Below are positions 27,201 through 37,042 of a stretch of 64,000 nt of DNA, one piece after another. Source of the stretch: Podarcis filfolensis. Taxonomy: Eukaryota. A program made the position numbers and the translations under genes. The notes under the pieces were generated by a model. It was not told the DNA's origin. It made no database searches and worked only from the letters and a program-made list of their open reading frames with translations. Position 1 is the stretch's first letter, and each line of letters starts with the position of its first letter. The stretch is taken from assembly GCA_964270895.1 (NCBI GenBank), contig OZ185435.1. The stretch is one strand, 5' to 3'.

Positions 27201-30200
27201 ACAGACTTTCCAAGTGCATCCTATTGCCCACTACAGCACACTGGAAGGGCTCTTTCTAGGTGCTTCATCTCTCCAGTTCTAGGACTTCTGTGCCTGGATG
27301 TACACTCCCCTTTAAACAGCTTGCAGACATCCTGTCATATTGGGTGGGATTCACCTAACAAACTCATGTGTGCTCCCCCCCCATGGAAGCCAATGCAAGG
27401 ATTCCCACTCACATAACAGGACTTTCCCTCCCTCTCCTCCTGCCACATCCTCCTAAAATCTGCTCTGGAGGATTGGGAGAACTCCCAGGACAGTGCACAG
27501 TGGGAGGAGAGAATAAATTGCTCCTTCGGGCAAGCAGAACCCTCCTTAATGCTGGGTTAATTAAAACCCAATATTGCATGCTTAAAGTCAGTTCTCCTGG
27601 CCTCTGTTCACTGATATGGAACAAAACTGGCAGGCTGCAATGTGGGACACTTCTGCACCATTGCCAGGCACCAACCAAGGGCCCCATAGGCTCTAAAGCA
27701 GCCTTTCTCAACTTGTGGGTCCCCAGACGTTGTTGAACTACAACTCCTATCACGCCTAGCTGGGAAGGCCAGAGCTCAGGGATGATGGGAGTTGTAGTTC
27801 AACATCTGGGGACCCACAGCTTGAGAACCGCTGCTCTAAAGGGTTCCCCACTGCCTGACCTGTCTGTGCCACCCAGTCATTCACCTCACACACCCTGCTG
27901 CTCCCCCAGCATCTTTTAGCAGTGGGTAGGTGGCAGTGCCTCTTTTGAAGGGGAGCCAAGCTTGGCTCCTATTCCTGGAGGCTGCCCATGTTAATTTAAC
28001 CAAAACGCAATGCCTGATCAGTTCTGTCAGTGAACAAATTGTCACCGTTCAACCCTGGCACCTGTGCATGTGAAATCCTAATACATCCCAGCTTAGCCCA
28101 TGAATGAATCCATCTCTTACCTCCTTAACAACTTGCTCCAAGGAGGACGCAGATTCCTTGGGGCTGATCCCTGGGTCCTGGAGAGAAAAGTGAGCATCAG
28201 AAGTCATGGGGTGATGGCATTTCCAGAGCTGTCTGTAGAAGGTATCTTGCTGTGCTGTCTAATTCTGGATGGAAGATATTCTGGAGAACCCCAGAACTCC
28301 CAGAGAACGCACTACTCTACATACCATCTGATACAGGCAGCAGCCACCTCCCAATACCCATGAGCTCAGGGAAGGGAAATAGAGGAGAAATCACTTGGGT
28401 GGGAAAGGGAGAAGCAACTCATGCAAACAAATAAAAGCTAAGAACCTACTTACCTCAACTTGATCAGCTTCCTGGCAGTGCTAGAAGTAGGAAAACAGAG
28501 AAAAATGAGCCCATGGCTTATCTTCTCATTCTCAGCATTTTAAGCATACGTAATTGTCTTTGCATTCACTTTCCCATTCCCACGATTGGATTGCAAGAAA
28601 TGGTGTCTAATAAATTTAATTAATAAGAATATTCCATGCTTCTAGATTCAGGTAGGTAGCCGTGTTGGTCTGACGCTGTCAAAATATATAAAAAAATAAT
28701 AATAAATGTCCACCAACTAAGTTTGTTCCTGGTATAAGCATTTGTGTGCATGCACACTTCTTCAGATACAGTGTATCTCAAGAAGTGTGCATGCACATGA
28801 AAGCTTATACCAAGAACAAACTTAGTTGGTCTCTAAGGTGCTACTGGACAATTTTTTACTTTTTAAAAATATATTTCAATATTCCATGCTGTCTGCCTCA
28901 AAAATGTCCTCAAGATTGTTACTTGAATTATTCCCAATGAAAAGAAAGTACATATTACTTCTTGTACTCTTATTGCAAGCCAGCTGGGTTTTTGGGAAAA
29001 AGTAATACATACTATATTTTTCCATGTATAAGACTATATTTTCCCCCAAATTTTTAAAATTTAAAATTGGGGGTCGTCTTATACACAGAAAGTTTAAAAT
29101 ATTTATTTCTTAATTTTGGGCTGAAAAAATAGGGGTCCTCTTATACATGGGGGCATCTTATAGATGGAAAAATACGGTACTTCTGAAGGATTTTCATATA
29201 CCTATAAAAACCTGCATGTTACTCTGCAACTATTATCCCACAATATGTTCAGTGATTTCTCCAAGATGTATTCTAAGTCAACAACACTACTTATATATGA
29301 GTTATATAGGATTCTTCACAGATTAATTATTGAAAGCAATGTGCATTTGAGTCATCTGCCAATCTAGTTCTTCTGTGTAACTAAAAGCAGAGAAACAGCC
29401 TTAAAAAACTGAAACTGCTACTTACAGGTTGGCACAACCAAGTGGCCACAGTAGCAATCCAGGCAGTCCACAGAAAACAAGGCTAAACTAAATTTAGATC
29501 AAAATGGTGCATCCTATAAATAAACAGTTTTGATGCTCAGAGACCTGATTGTATGGTCAAAACCATGTGTCGTATCCAAAACAGTAGTTCTGTTAGTGCA
29601 ACAGAACTTCATCTCACTCTCCTCACCCGTGCACCCTCCCAAAATCTGCTTCAGAGGATTGGGGTAACCCCTGGAACACATTTAGAGGATGCATGGGGAG
29701 AGGAGATGGAAGGGAAGTTCTGCTGCACAGCCAGAAGCCCTTGCACTGATAAAATACTTTGCTGGAAACCACCCCATGAAACTGTCAAGTATCTTCCCAT
29801 TCACTCTCAGCATCAATCACAATAATTATTGGCAGCAACCAAAAAGTATAACTAGCAAATACCTTTATTTGGAACTGTTGTTGGCTTGGGCCATAAAATG
29901 CCAAGCTATGCTTTGGTGCTCTAAGAACAAATTTTGTCTGCCAAGGCTTTAAGCTAGTTTACAACCCCTGTGTGAATGCTGAGTGCATACCATACCCTGA
30001 TTATTTGAAGACAACTGGAAATTTGGCCTTACACTGAAGAGGATGCAATTTAATGAATGGGAGCACACAAGAGGAGGAGGGGAGCAGATAAAACTCATTC
30101 AAGTGATACATTCCATGTGGAAACAGCCCACTGTGTTTACTAAGGCTTAATCCTAGACAACTACAAACACCCTCCTCATATTTGCCATAGCAAGCATTCC

Positions 30201-33200
30201 TTCCAATCTCTGACAAGCCACAGAACGCAACTTGAGTCTAGGGAAGGTGGGAATAATACCTGAAGTTGCACACTGTTCTACAGGTGTTCCAAATAACGAC
30301 TTTCACTGCCTTAAAAGGGCAACTAACACCTTATTGGCAGGGCTTAGCAGGGCATGGCTGACTTTATCAGATTGTGAAATGTTTAGCATACTAATGTTGC
30401 TATAGAATAAAATTATATAGTACCTGTAAAACCTTACTGTGCACTATAGTGCCGATAGCTCCTGAGCAGAGTCTAGGAGTCAAACCTTTGAAGAGTCCAG
30501 CCCTTCCATCAATCTTCATAATGTGTTTAGCTGAAAACAGAAGTCAATACAGATTAAAGGATCATACTCAACATTGACTCTCACCCCATTCACACACCTG
30601 CCTAGAGGAGATTCCAGCACCCAAAAATGTGTTAAAAAAAGAAGAAGTTAGGGATGCAAAACTATTTAAAACTCGGCCTATCCCATGCTAGAGAAAACCG
30701 GGCCTGATGCCAAGTTAGAAACTTCAGTACAAAGGTCACGATACACAGCTGCAGGCATAATCTCCTGCACAGCAAAGCATGCACATGTCCTATTTATTTC
30801 AGCATGCTTAACTGAACATTGGACTACACTTAAAATAATGTCAGCATGCACCAGAACCCGGCTTGCCCTTCCCAAACTCTGCCATCCTCTACAGCAAGAA
30901 GGGAAAGTCACAGGTTTCCCAGATATTGCCAAATGGTTAGGAAGTTGAACAACATCAAGAGGGTCACAGCTCCCCCATCTCTGGGTTGCAGTAACAAGTT
31001 ACTTGTTAATGATCCTAAGTTTGAGTAACAGTGTGCAAGAAAGCAAGCAAGCTCAGAGCCAATAATATACAAGTTGGAGCATGAAGTGTGGCATTGCTGG
31101 GACATGCACATGCATGCACAGGCTAAATCATATGAAGGATACTTGAAGGGCAATAGGCTACAGGAAGAGAGAGGCTCAAATGCCCAAACATTGTACTTTC
31201 CTGTTATTCTAACTCTGTCTCACTGCATGAATTCAAAAGCCAATGATCATGGCTGTAGCACTGAAGCTTCTTGAGAGTTGAGACTCACCACTTTACCTAT
31301 ATAAACTGCCACTGTTCCAACAGTTGCAGGATCTCTAGCTAATCCTTGTACACATGAGAAGCTCTGCTTTAAAGGCATAGGCACCGCCAAGTGCAGTGCA
31401 GCACAGCAATTACAGCAATCCAATCCTGCTTTAAGTCTTTCTGGCTCATTCACAAATCTTATACATTATGCACTCACCATAAGCAAAGAGACCAGGCAGC
31501 TGATAGACCTGTCGCCCAAAGATATTTCTTCCCAGAGTTGGAGGGAGGGGTTCATATCCCACCTTCAAAATAAAGAGACAGCCTGCAGCAACCTCTATAG
31601 TGTGAACAGCATCCCAAGGAATAACCCCAACATTCCCTAGCAGTGAACAACTACAGCTGTTCCACTCACTGGACATTTGAAAACTGAACCATAAGAGAAA
31701 ATATGATCGATTTTTTGTTCTTAGAATTCTATGGCTGTGCTACTAACTGTAAGTTTAAAGTTCTAAAACCACTATATTCAGAAGATGGTAATAGTTCGTA
31801 GCTCACATTAAATGTCTGGGTGGTCTGCAGCTCAGCAGAAAGTCTGGCAGAGTCACTGGATACCAGGTGCCATCTCTTAGTGCTATACATATATATGTCT
31901 TACTAGTGATTGTCGTAAGATGTTCTGGGAATCTTTTTGGCTAAAGAACAGGAAATAAATACTTTAAATAAAATTTGGAGCTACAGACCAAACATATATC
32001 TCCACAGACACCACACTATATTCCCCCACTTCTTTGCTCCAAAGTGATTCCCCCTTGCATTTTTTCCAACCAGGTAAAGTTATTTTAAAATTGTTGTCCT
32101 TGATGTGATCTAGGTGACTCTGAAGATAAGTTTGCTGTGATTAAATGTTAAACAACTAGTTGAGAACATGGAGCTATTTTGTTTTTTATGCTGTGAATAG
32201 CCACTTGATTTGTCACAATATATCATACTAGGCAACATGTTTTCCATAGTTTATAACTCACATTATCAAGGTCTGCAATTTAGCAAAAAGTTTTACAGAC
32301 AAATTGGATACTGTGTTTCACAAGTCCAATTTACCAAAGAAGACAATGTGCTTTCTTGGCAGAGGTAGGCGGTATTTATTTTTGAGATAGATATCCCACT
32401 ACATAGCTCCACATATCCTCTGTGTAGTGAATCATATGAGAACCACTGTGAGGTTAATAACAGGAAGCCTCACAATTGTCTTTTGTCCTTAAATTCTGAA
32501 CCTTATATTATAGGAATTTGTGTATCCAAACTCAGAAATGCTAATGTGCTTCCCGTTCCTGCATTTTTTATTAGAAGGTGGATATGCAGGCTGTTAAATA
32601 TTTTAACAGACAGGGCTGTTGTACCTGGGGCAGCTATGCTTTTCAGCCAATGATGATACAAGTACAAAGCCACAGCTGGCCAAAAGCAACATGCAGCCAA
32701 ATATACTAAATAAAGAAGTTCTTGAGGCTGGAACTACTGGGAGTGTCCAAAACGCTACCAATAAAAATGAGAAGAGGACAAATTTGAATACGAGGCACAC
32801 ATAAAACCAGCGCAGAAAACTGATCCAGATTCAGAAATCAGCCAGGCTCACAAAAACATTTGAGTGAGGTACGCCAGTCTGAAACTGGCTAAAATTAAAC
32901 ATTGGCTTCTGCAATGAGGATTGTTCTGTGGCTAGCACTGGCAATTTTGTTCTCTCAGGAATGTGGACACAGCAAAGGCAGCAAGCGAGAGAAACGCAGT
33001 GTCTTGGATCTGATTTTGACCCTCTGGTGTTACCGGCACCGGTTGCAAATCCCACTGCTAGGACTCAATCTATATGGCTGCTACTGTGGAACTGGTGGTT
33101 CTGGAAGCCCCGTGGATGCAGTGGATCAGTGCTGTTTCATTCATGACTGCTGTTACCGCCACGCCAGGGTCTCCTTAAAGTGTCACCGCAGGGTAAAGTG

Positions 33201-34085
33201 GCAGCGGTACAAACTCTCGTGCAACGGATCAGAGACGGAATGCCAGTCCACGAGTATCTGTGGCAGGATGGCATGCGAGTGTGACAAGCAGCTGGCGGAG
33301 TGCTTGACAGCAGCCAAACCCCGCAGGAAGCATTCTTTCTACAACAGGGAGGCTCTCTGCAAAGGACCCAGGGACCCTTGCCCAGCCGTTCACCGCAACT
33401 GGACTGAAATTCTACCCTGGGGAAGTCTTTCCCCTCGACCAGTCTCGAGGTGGGGCTCGTAAGTAACCATTCAACTCTGGAAGAGAACAGGCTGCAGCTG
33501 CTGATTCCCAAAGGCTTCCCTCGCCGGACCCACCTCAGCACCTGCGGTACTAGGCAGCGCAATAAAGAAAGACTCAAAAGCGAAGTTGCACTGCAAATGA
33601 CGGCGCCTGCTGTCTGGATGGTGCGAAAGTGAGGAAGCGCTTCCCGCGTCCCTACGAGCGGCTTTCTTTTTCCTCCGCCGGGGCGGCGGCGCTGCTGCTA
33701 CGCCTCGGGGTAGGGAGGCGAGCAGCCGCCGCCCTGCGAAAAGGAAGTCTGAAGCAAAGCAAGGCCCGAATACGACCCAAGGCGAAGGGCGACTCCGCTA
33801 CTTCGAGGGGCTGCTGGCTACGCGGGGAGGGGGGGCGCTGCTATGGAAACGCGTTTGGGAGCGAGGAGGCAACTTCTTCCCCAGTGAGCGAGGGCGGGAG
33901 GCGACCTGGGGCTGCTTTGACCTCCTCCCACCCACTCAGTGCCGCCCCCTTCGTCGCCCTCACGAGCAAGGAAAACCTGCCAAGACTGAAGGCCTCACCT
34001 GCACGAGCACCTTCACGTACATGAGCGGCTGCGAGAGTACCGTGAGGCCGGAGCCCAGCAGCATCTGAGAGGCCGTGTCCGCCAT
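21288..34085 (-). CDS. MTCH2: Mitochondrial carrier homolog 2 (outer-membrane insertase, SLC25A50), complete 13-exon CDS, 301 aa
   Basis: Exons: 33999-34085 ([29 protein letters not shown]), 31478-31562 ([28 protein letters not shown]), 30424-30530, 28454-28480 (27 nt), 28121-28177, 26865-26922, 26077-26128, 25800-25859, 25332-25425, 24776-24823, 24190-24257, 21894-21969, 21288-21374 ([28 protein letters not shown]). All introns are GT-AG and in phase; the total is 906 nt. Exon sizes agree with the mammalian MTCH2 structure as recalled. Confidence 0.97.
22741..23093 (+). mobile_element. Full-length Sauria SINE with 15-bp TSD
   Basis: Runs from gtaaaggtacccctgacc through cagcttccgggtcatgtggccagcatgac to agcgccacctgtgtccc. 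TSD tgcacgtagccatag at 22726-22740 and 23094-23108. Confidence 0.9.
23424..23560. mobile_element. Palindromic hAT MITE, same family as 17082
   Basis: Near-identical internal sequence (ctacaactcccatgatccctagctagcaggacc). Perfect 8-bp TSD gtctaacc at 23416-23423 and 23561-23568. Confidence 0.88.
25001..25183. mobile_element. Tc1/mariner (Tigger-like) MITE
   Basis: TIRs cagtggtacctc / gaggttccactg flanked by TA. Confidence 0.75.
26450..26612 (+). mobile_element. L2 LINE ORF2 fragment
   Basis: Degenerate translation LDYCNAL...[29 protein letters not shown] is typical of the L2 RT C-terminal region. Confidence 0.75.
27699..27833. mobile_element. Palindromic hAT MITE
   Basis: TIRs cagcctttctcaac / ttgagaaccgctg. 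Perfect 8-bp TSD ctctaaag at 27691-27698 and 27834-27841. Confidence 0.85.
28650..28850. mobile_element. Penelope-like element termini in inverted arrangement, with degenerate minimal hammerhead motifs
   Basis: ~58-bp inverted repeat at 28713-28829 (ccaactaagtttgttc...cttcttcagataca / tgtatctcaagaag...aacaaacttagttgg). It is flanked by gtagccgtgttggtctg and tctctaaggtgctactgg, typical of reptile Penelope pseudo-LTRs. Confidence 0.65.
29012..29177. mobile_element. Older Tc1/mariner MITE related to 37629 and 51490
   Basis: Termini ctatatttttccatgtataagac / tcttatagatggaaaaatacgg flanked by TA. Confidence 0.6.
32800..32806 (+). promoter_or_regulatory. TATA-like element (CATAAAA) upstream of the nested sPLA2
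   Basis: Lies ~110 nt upstream of ATG 32914, implying a TSS near 32830. There is no strong splice acceptor just before the ATG. Motif only. Confidence 0.35.
32914..33462 (+). CDS. Intronless secreted phospholipase A2, group X-like (prepro-sPLA2, 182 aa), nested antisense in MTCH2 intron 1
   Basis: Single ORF from ATG 32914 (the ORF track starts at an upstream TTG, 32902) to TAA 33462. It has a hydrophobic signal peptide ([20 protein letters not shown]), a basic propeptide ending in a furin-type site (KGSKREKR), the Ca2+-loop [11 protein letters not shown], the active-site [11 protein letters not shown] (His48/Asp49/Tyr52) and CECD (Asp99). The mature chain has 16 Cys including Cys11 and a C-terminal Cys, the group X pattern. 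Confidence 0.92.
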   Translation: MRIVLWLALAILFSQECGHSKGSKREKRSVLDLILTLWCYRHRLQIPLLGLNLYGCYCGTGGSGSPVDAVDQCCFIHDCCYRHARVSLKCHRRVKWQRYKLSCNGSETECQSTSICGRMACECDKQLAECLTAAKPRRKHSFYNREALCKGPRDPCPAVHRNWTEILPWGSLSPRPVSRWGS

Positions 34086-34750
34086 GCTGCAGCCGCGCCG
34101 GGCTCCGCCGAGGGGGTGGGGGGGAGGTGGAAGCAGAGGCTACCGCGCCACCTCCACGTGACCTGCGGTAGAGGAAGATACGGCTCGAGCCGCTGCCTCC
34201 ACGTCCTTTCCCTCCCCTCCCACTCCAACTACTTCCGGTTCCAGCTAGTCCCTTGTTTCCGCCACTTCTAGAGCGCGATAGGCCTAGCCTTTGGTGTGGG
34301 GGGCAGGGAAGCAATATTGACAGTGACCTGCAGCCTGAACTTCCGGTAAAAACCAACCAACCCGAAAGCTATGATTCTCTATGGTCGCCGCTCTATAGCT
34401 TTGCAGCTCGGTGGTAAAAAGGGTCTAGAACTGAAGTGTCCGCGAGGATCAAGGTTGTACACAACTCTACATCCCCCCGTCCCATTGAATTTCTCTTGGC
34501 ATTTCTCGACGTGCTTCTTAGATCTGTTTCTGACAGCCAGTAAGGGAAAAAAATAGGCTTTTGCGTCACACGGTAGGTGGGCTAAGAATCTTCTGACCTA
34601 GAGGTAGGAAATTGTAGATTGTGTATCGGAGCCGAATGAGAGGCCGGGAAGAAGCTGTCGCGAGAAGAGTACGCTATCCGCGCACAGTTTTAGCTACATA
34701 AGTAAGTCACTGGCAGGCGCCGGATGTGTAGTAGAGGGCATTGAAGTCGG
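33500..34750. promoter_or_regulatory. CpG-island promoter of MTCH2
   Basis: CpG-rich region around MTCH2 exon 1. It has two ETS/GABP motifs ACTTCCGG (34231-34238, 34339-34346) and a near-match to TCTCGCGAGA (tgtcgcgaga, 34656-34665). Confidence 0.75.
33561..33566 (+). terminator. Polyadenylation signal AATAAA of the nested sPLA2
   Basis: AATAAA 99 nt after the sPLA2 stop codon. Confidence 0.65.
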
Positions 34751-36855
34751 GACAGTCAGCGAGTGTTTAATATAGTTAGTTTATTCGCCAGTACATCAGG
34801 TTTTCAGCAATCGTTAGGTTTTCTTCGCTCTGTGTACCATTAGATGCTTACTAGTTAAAATGTTCATGGCTAATGAAAACTCAGGGTTGTTGTTTTTCTT
34901 CTACTTCCATGCCTTCCTGGCAGAACTGTAGTACAATTGACATTGACTACAAAGGACTTCTTCAGTAAGCATTTGCAGGATCACTTTCCTAGTAGAAAGT
35001 CAAACTAACTAACAAAGCAAGCGCTGCCGCTGCCGCCGCTCTATTTAGTTTGCAATTCAAGTCTCATCTTACTTTGGACATCCTTGCTCTCAGGGAAGCT
35101 GCCTAGACCAAAATCAAGCATTCATTTTAAAGTGCTTTAATTATTACCCAGGAATTTTCCACATTCGGTTAATATGCAATACTACCAAAGCAAGTAATGC
35201 TTCTAGCATTTCAAAACTTCCAGCTTGTGTTAAGAGAAGAGCTTATGCGTTGTTGCTCAGCACCTAGACTCTTGTGCAGTCTCAAAATGTAATATCCTTT
35301 CAGCCCATCCCCACTGTAATTTTCCCTTCATCATCTCTCCCTTTCCCACTTTCCAGAGAAAACGAAGCCTTGTCTGTTTAATTTTTAAAATGTTGCTGGT
35401 GCACATGCCTGCCCTTTTACAAAAAAAACAAAACTGGTTCCCTCATTCTCAGAACAGCAGCAGCAATAGCAACAAGGAAAATGGAGTGGGCAGGTGAAGT
35501 ATTCCCAAAGTTTTGAAACCAACACATCCCTCCCATTATTTGGACACTGAAGGAAATTTCCAAGGCACTTACATATAGGGAAGAAAGACAGGAGGTGACA
35601 GTGAACAAGGTAAAATTATAGCTGTATATAAGGTGCATTTTAGTTCAAATATGCTTTCCTGCCAGAATAACTGATTAAAAAATATATGAAATTGTACTTT
35701 TCCTAGATTTTTTGTGTATTTTGGGACAAAAATAGGTAGTCAAAGAGTTACTTGACAGAAACAAATTGTAGCAGATGCTAAACTAGTAGATCCTAGTTTA
35801 ATACTAAAGAGAGGAAGAGGAAAATGCATGTAGATTTGCCAGTCTGTTTCTCATTTGCAGTTCAGACACATTTAATGTGAGATTTCTTCGTTCCTTCCTG
35901 GATTATAATCCAAAATCTTCATAGTGAGAATAAATTATAGCTTAATGGTAACACAACTGACTTGTTTATAACAGGTCATCAAAGTTTGCACCCGAGTGGA
36001 TGGATTCTTCACAGAAATAGTTTTTAGCTACATTATGCAAAATGAAATATCATTCAATAGATTTCTACATAAATATGTTCTGTTTGGGTGTGTTTTAGAA
36101 CACTAACAATTATTTTATGACAACTGAAAACTTAAAAAAATAGAATTGCACCTTCAGTACCTTTACTATGCCGTTTAATGTTCAACAATACATACTTTTC
36201 ACTCACAAAGAGTAACAGTACCACTTTAGAGGTAAAAACGCAACAAAACTTGTACCTGAGTATTGCATTTTTTCCTTGTGTGGTTCCAACATTACAGCAA
36301 CAGAATTGTTTCTGTTATTATTGTGCCCACTGCTACACAATCATCTATTATTAATTCAACGTAATAGTTTTCAGATATTCACCCTTCATCATTAAAATAA
36401 TAATTCATGTACACATTTGATAGGAAACTTTTTGGGGGGTTTACAAAAAGAAAAAAATGGTGGAATGACATGCAACCTCAGTAAATGTGAATTTGGGAAG
36501 TAATGGTGGAGGGTTGGGGAATGTGTGTCTGATGGTAGAAGTGGAATTTATAGAGAATTAGCATGAGGGAAATGCTGTTTAACCCCTCACACTCACTGAG
36601 TCATCCTATGCCCACTGGATCTTTCCCCTCTTCTGATTTTCAACCCTGACTTGGTGGGGAATAATTAAAAATAGCCATGTGAGGCATCTGCAGAAGCTGC
36701 GGGCAAGGAGGTTCAGCACCTCCTACCTGCCAGTACTTCCTTGCAAGTACTTCCTACATTTTCACTTTATGAATAAAATATAGGAGTGGAAATTATGTGT
36801 TCTTCCTGAAATGCATTGTACTAACCAAAGGTCTTAACGGGGGAAAGCTTTGCCC

Positions 36856-36861
36856 TTTAAT
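36856..36861 (-). terminator. Candidate AGBL2 polyadenylation signal ATTAAA
   Basis: Lies ~180 nt after the predicted AGBL2 stop at 37043. Confidence 0.3.
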
Positions 36862-37042
36862 ATTAGTTAATCTCAGCTACAAACCTATAAAAATAAGACA
36901 ACTGAAATCTCCCATCCTCTTTATCAACACTCCAAATTCTCTCATCATCAAAATGCAGTAGACTTTGTGCTAAACATTTGTAATAGGCCTGCAACAGGAG
37001 AGTGCCAGCTTTCCTTCTAACAAATTAACTCTTTGTGAGTTA

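Noticed and set aside
33137-33577. 146-aa minus-strand ORF overlapping the sPLA2
   Set aside because: Shadow ORF of the genuine plus-strand gene, lying in intronic sequence of the MTCH2 transcript.
33841-34356. 171-aa and 71-aa minus-strand ORFs over the MTCH2 promoter
   Set aside because: GC-rich off-frame ORFs; the real MTCH2 exon 1 is in a different frame (ATG 34085).
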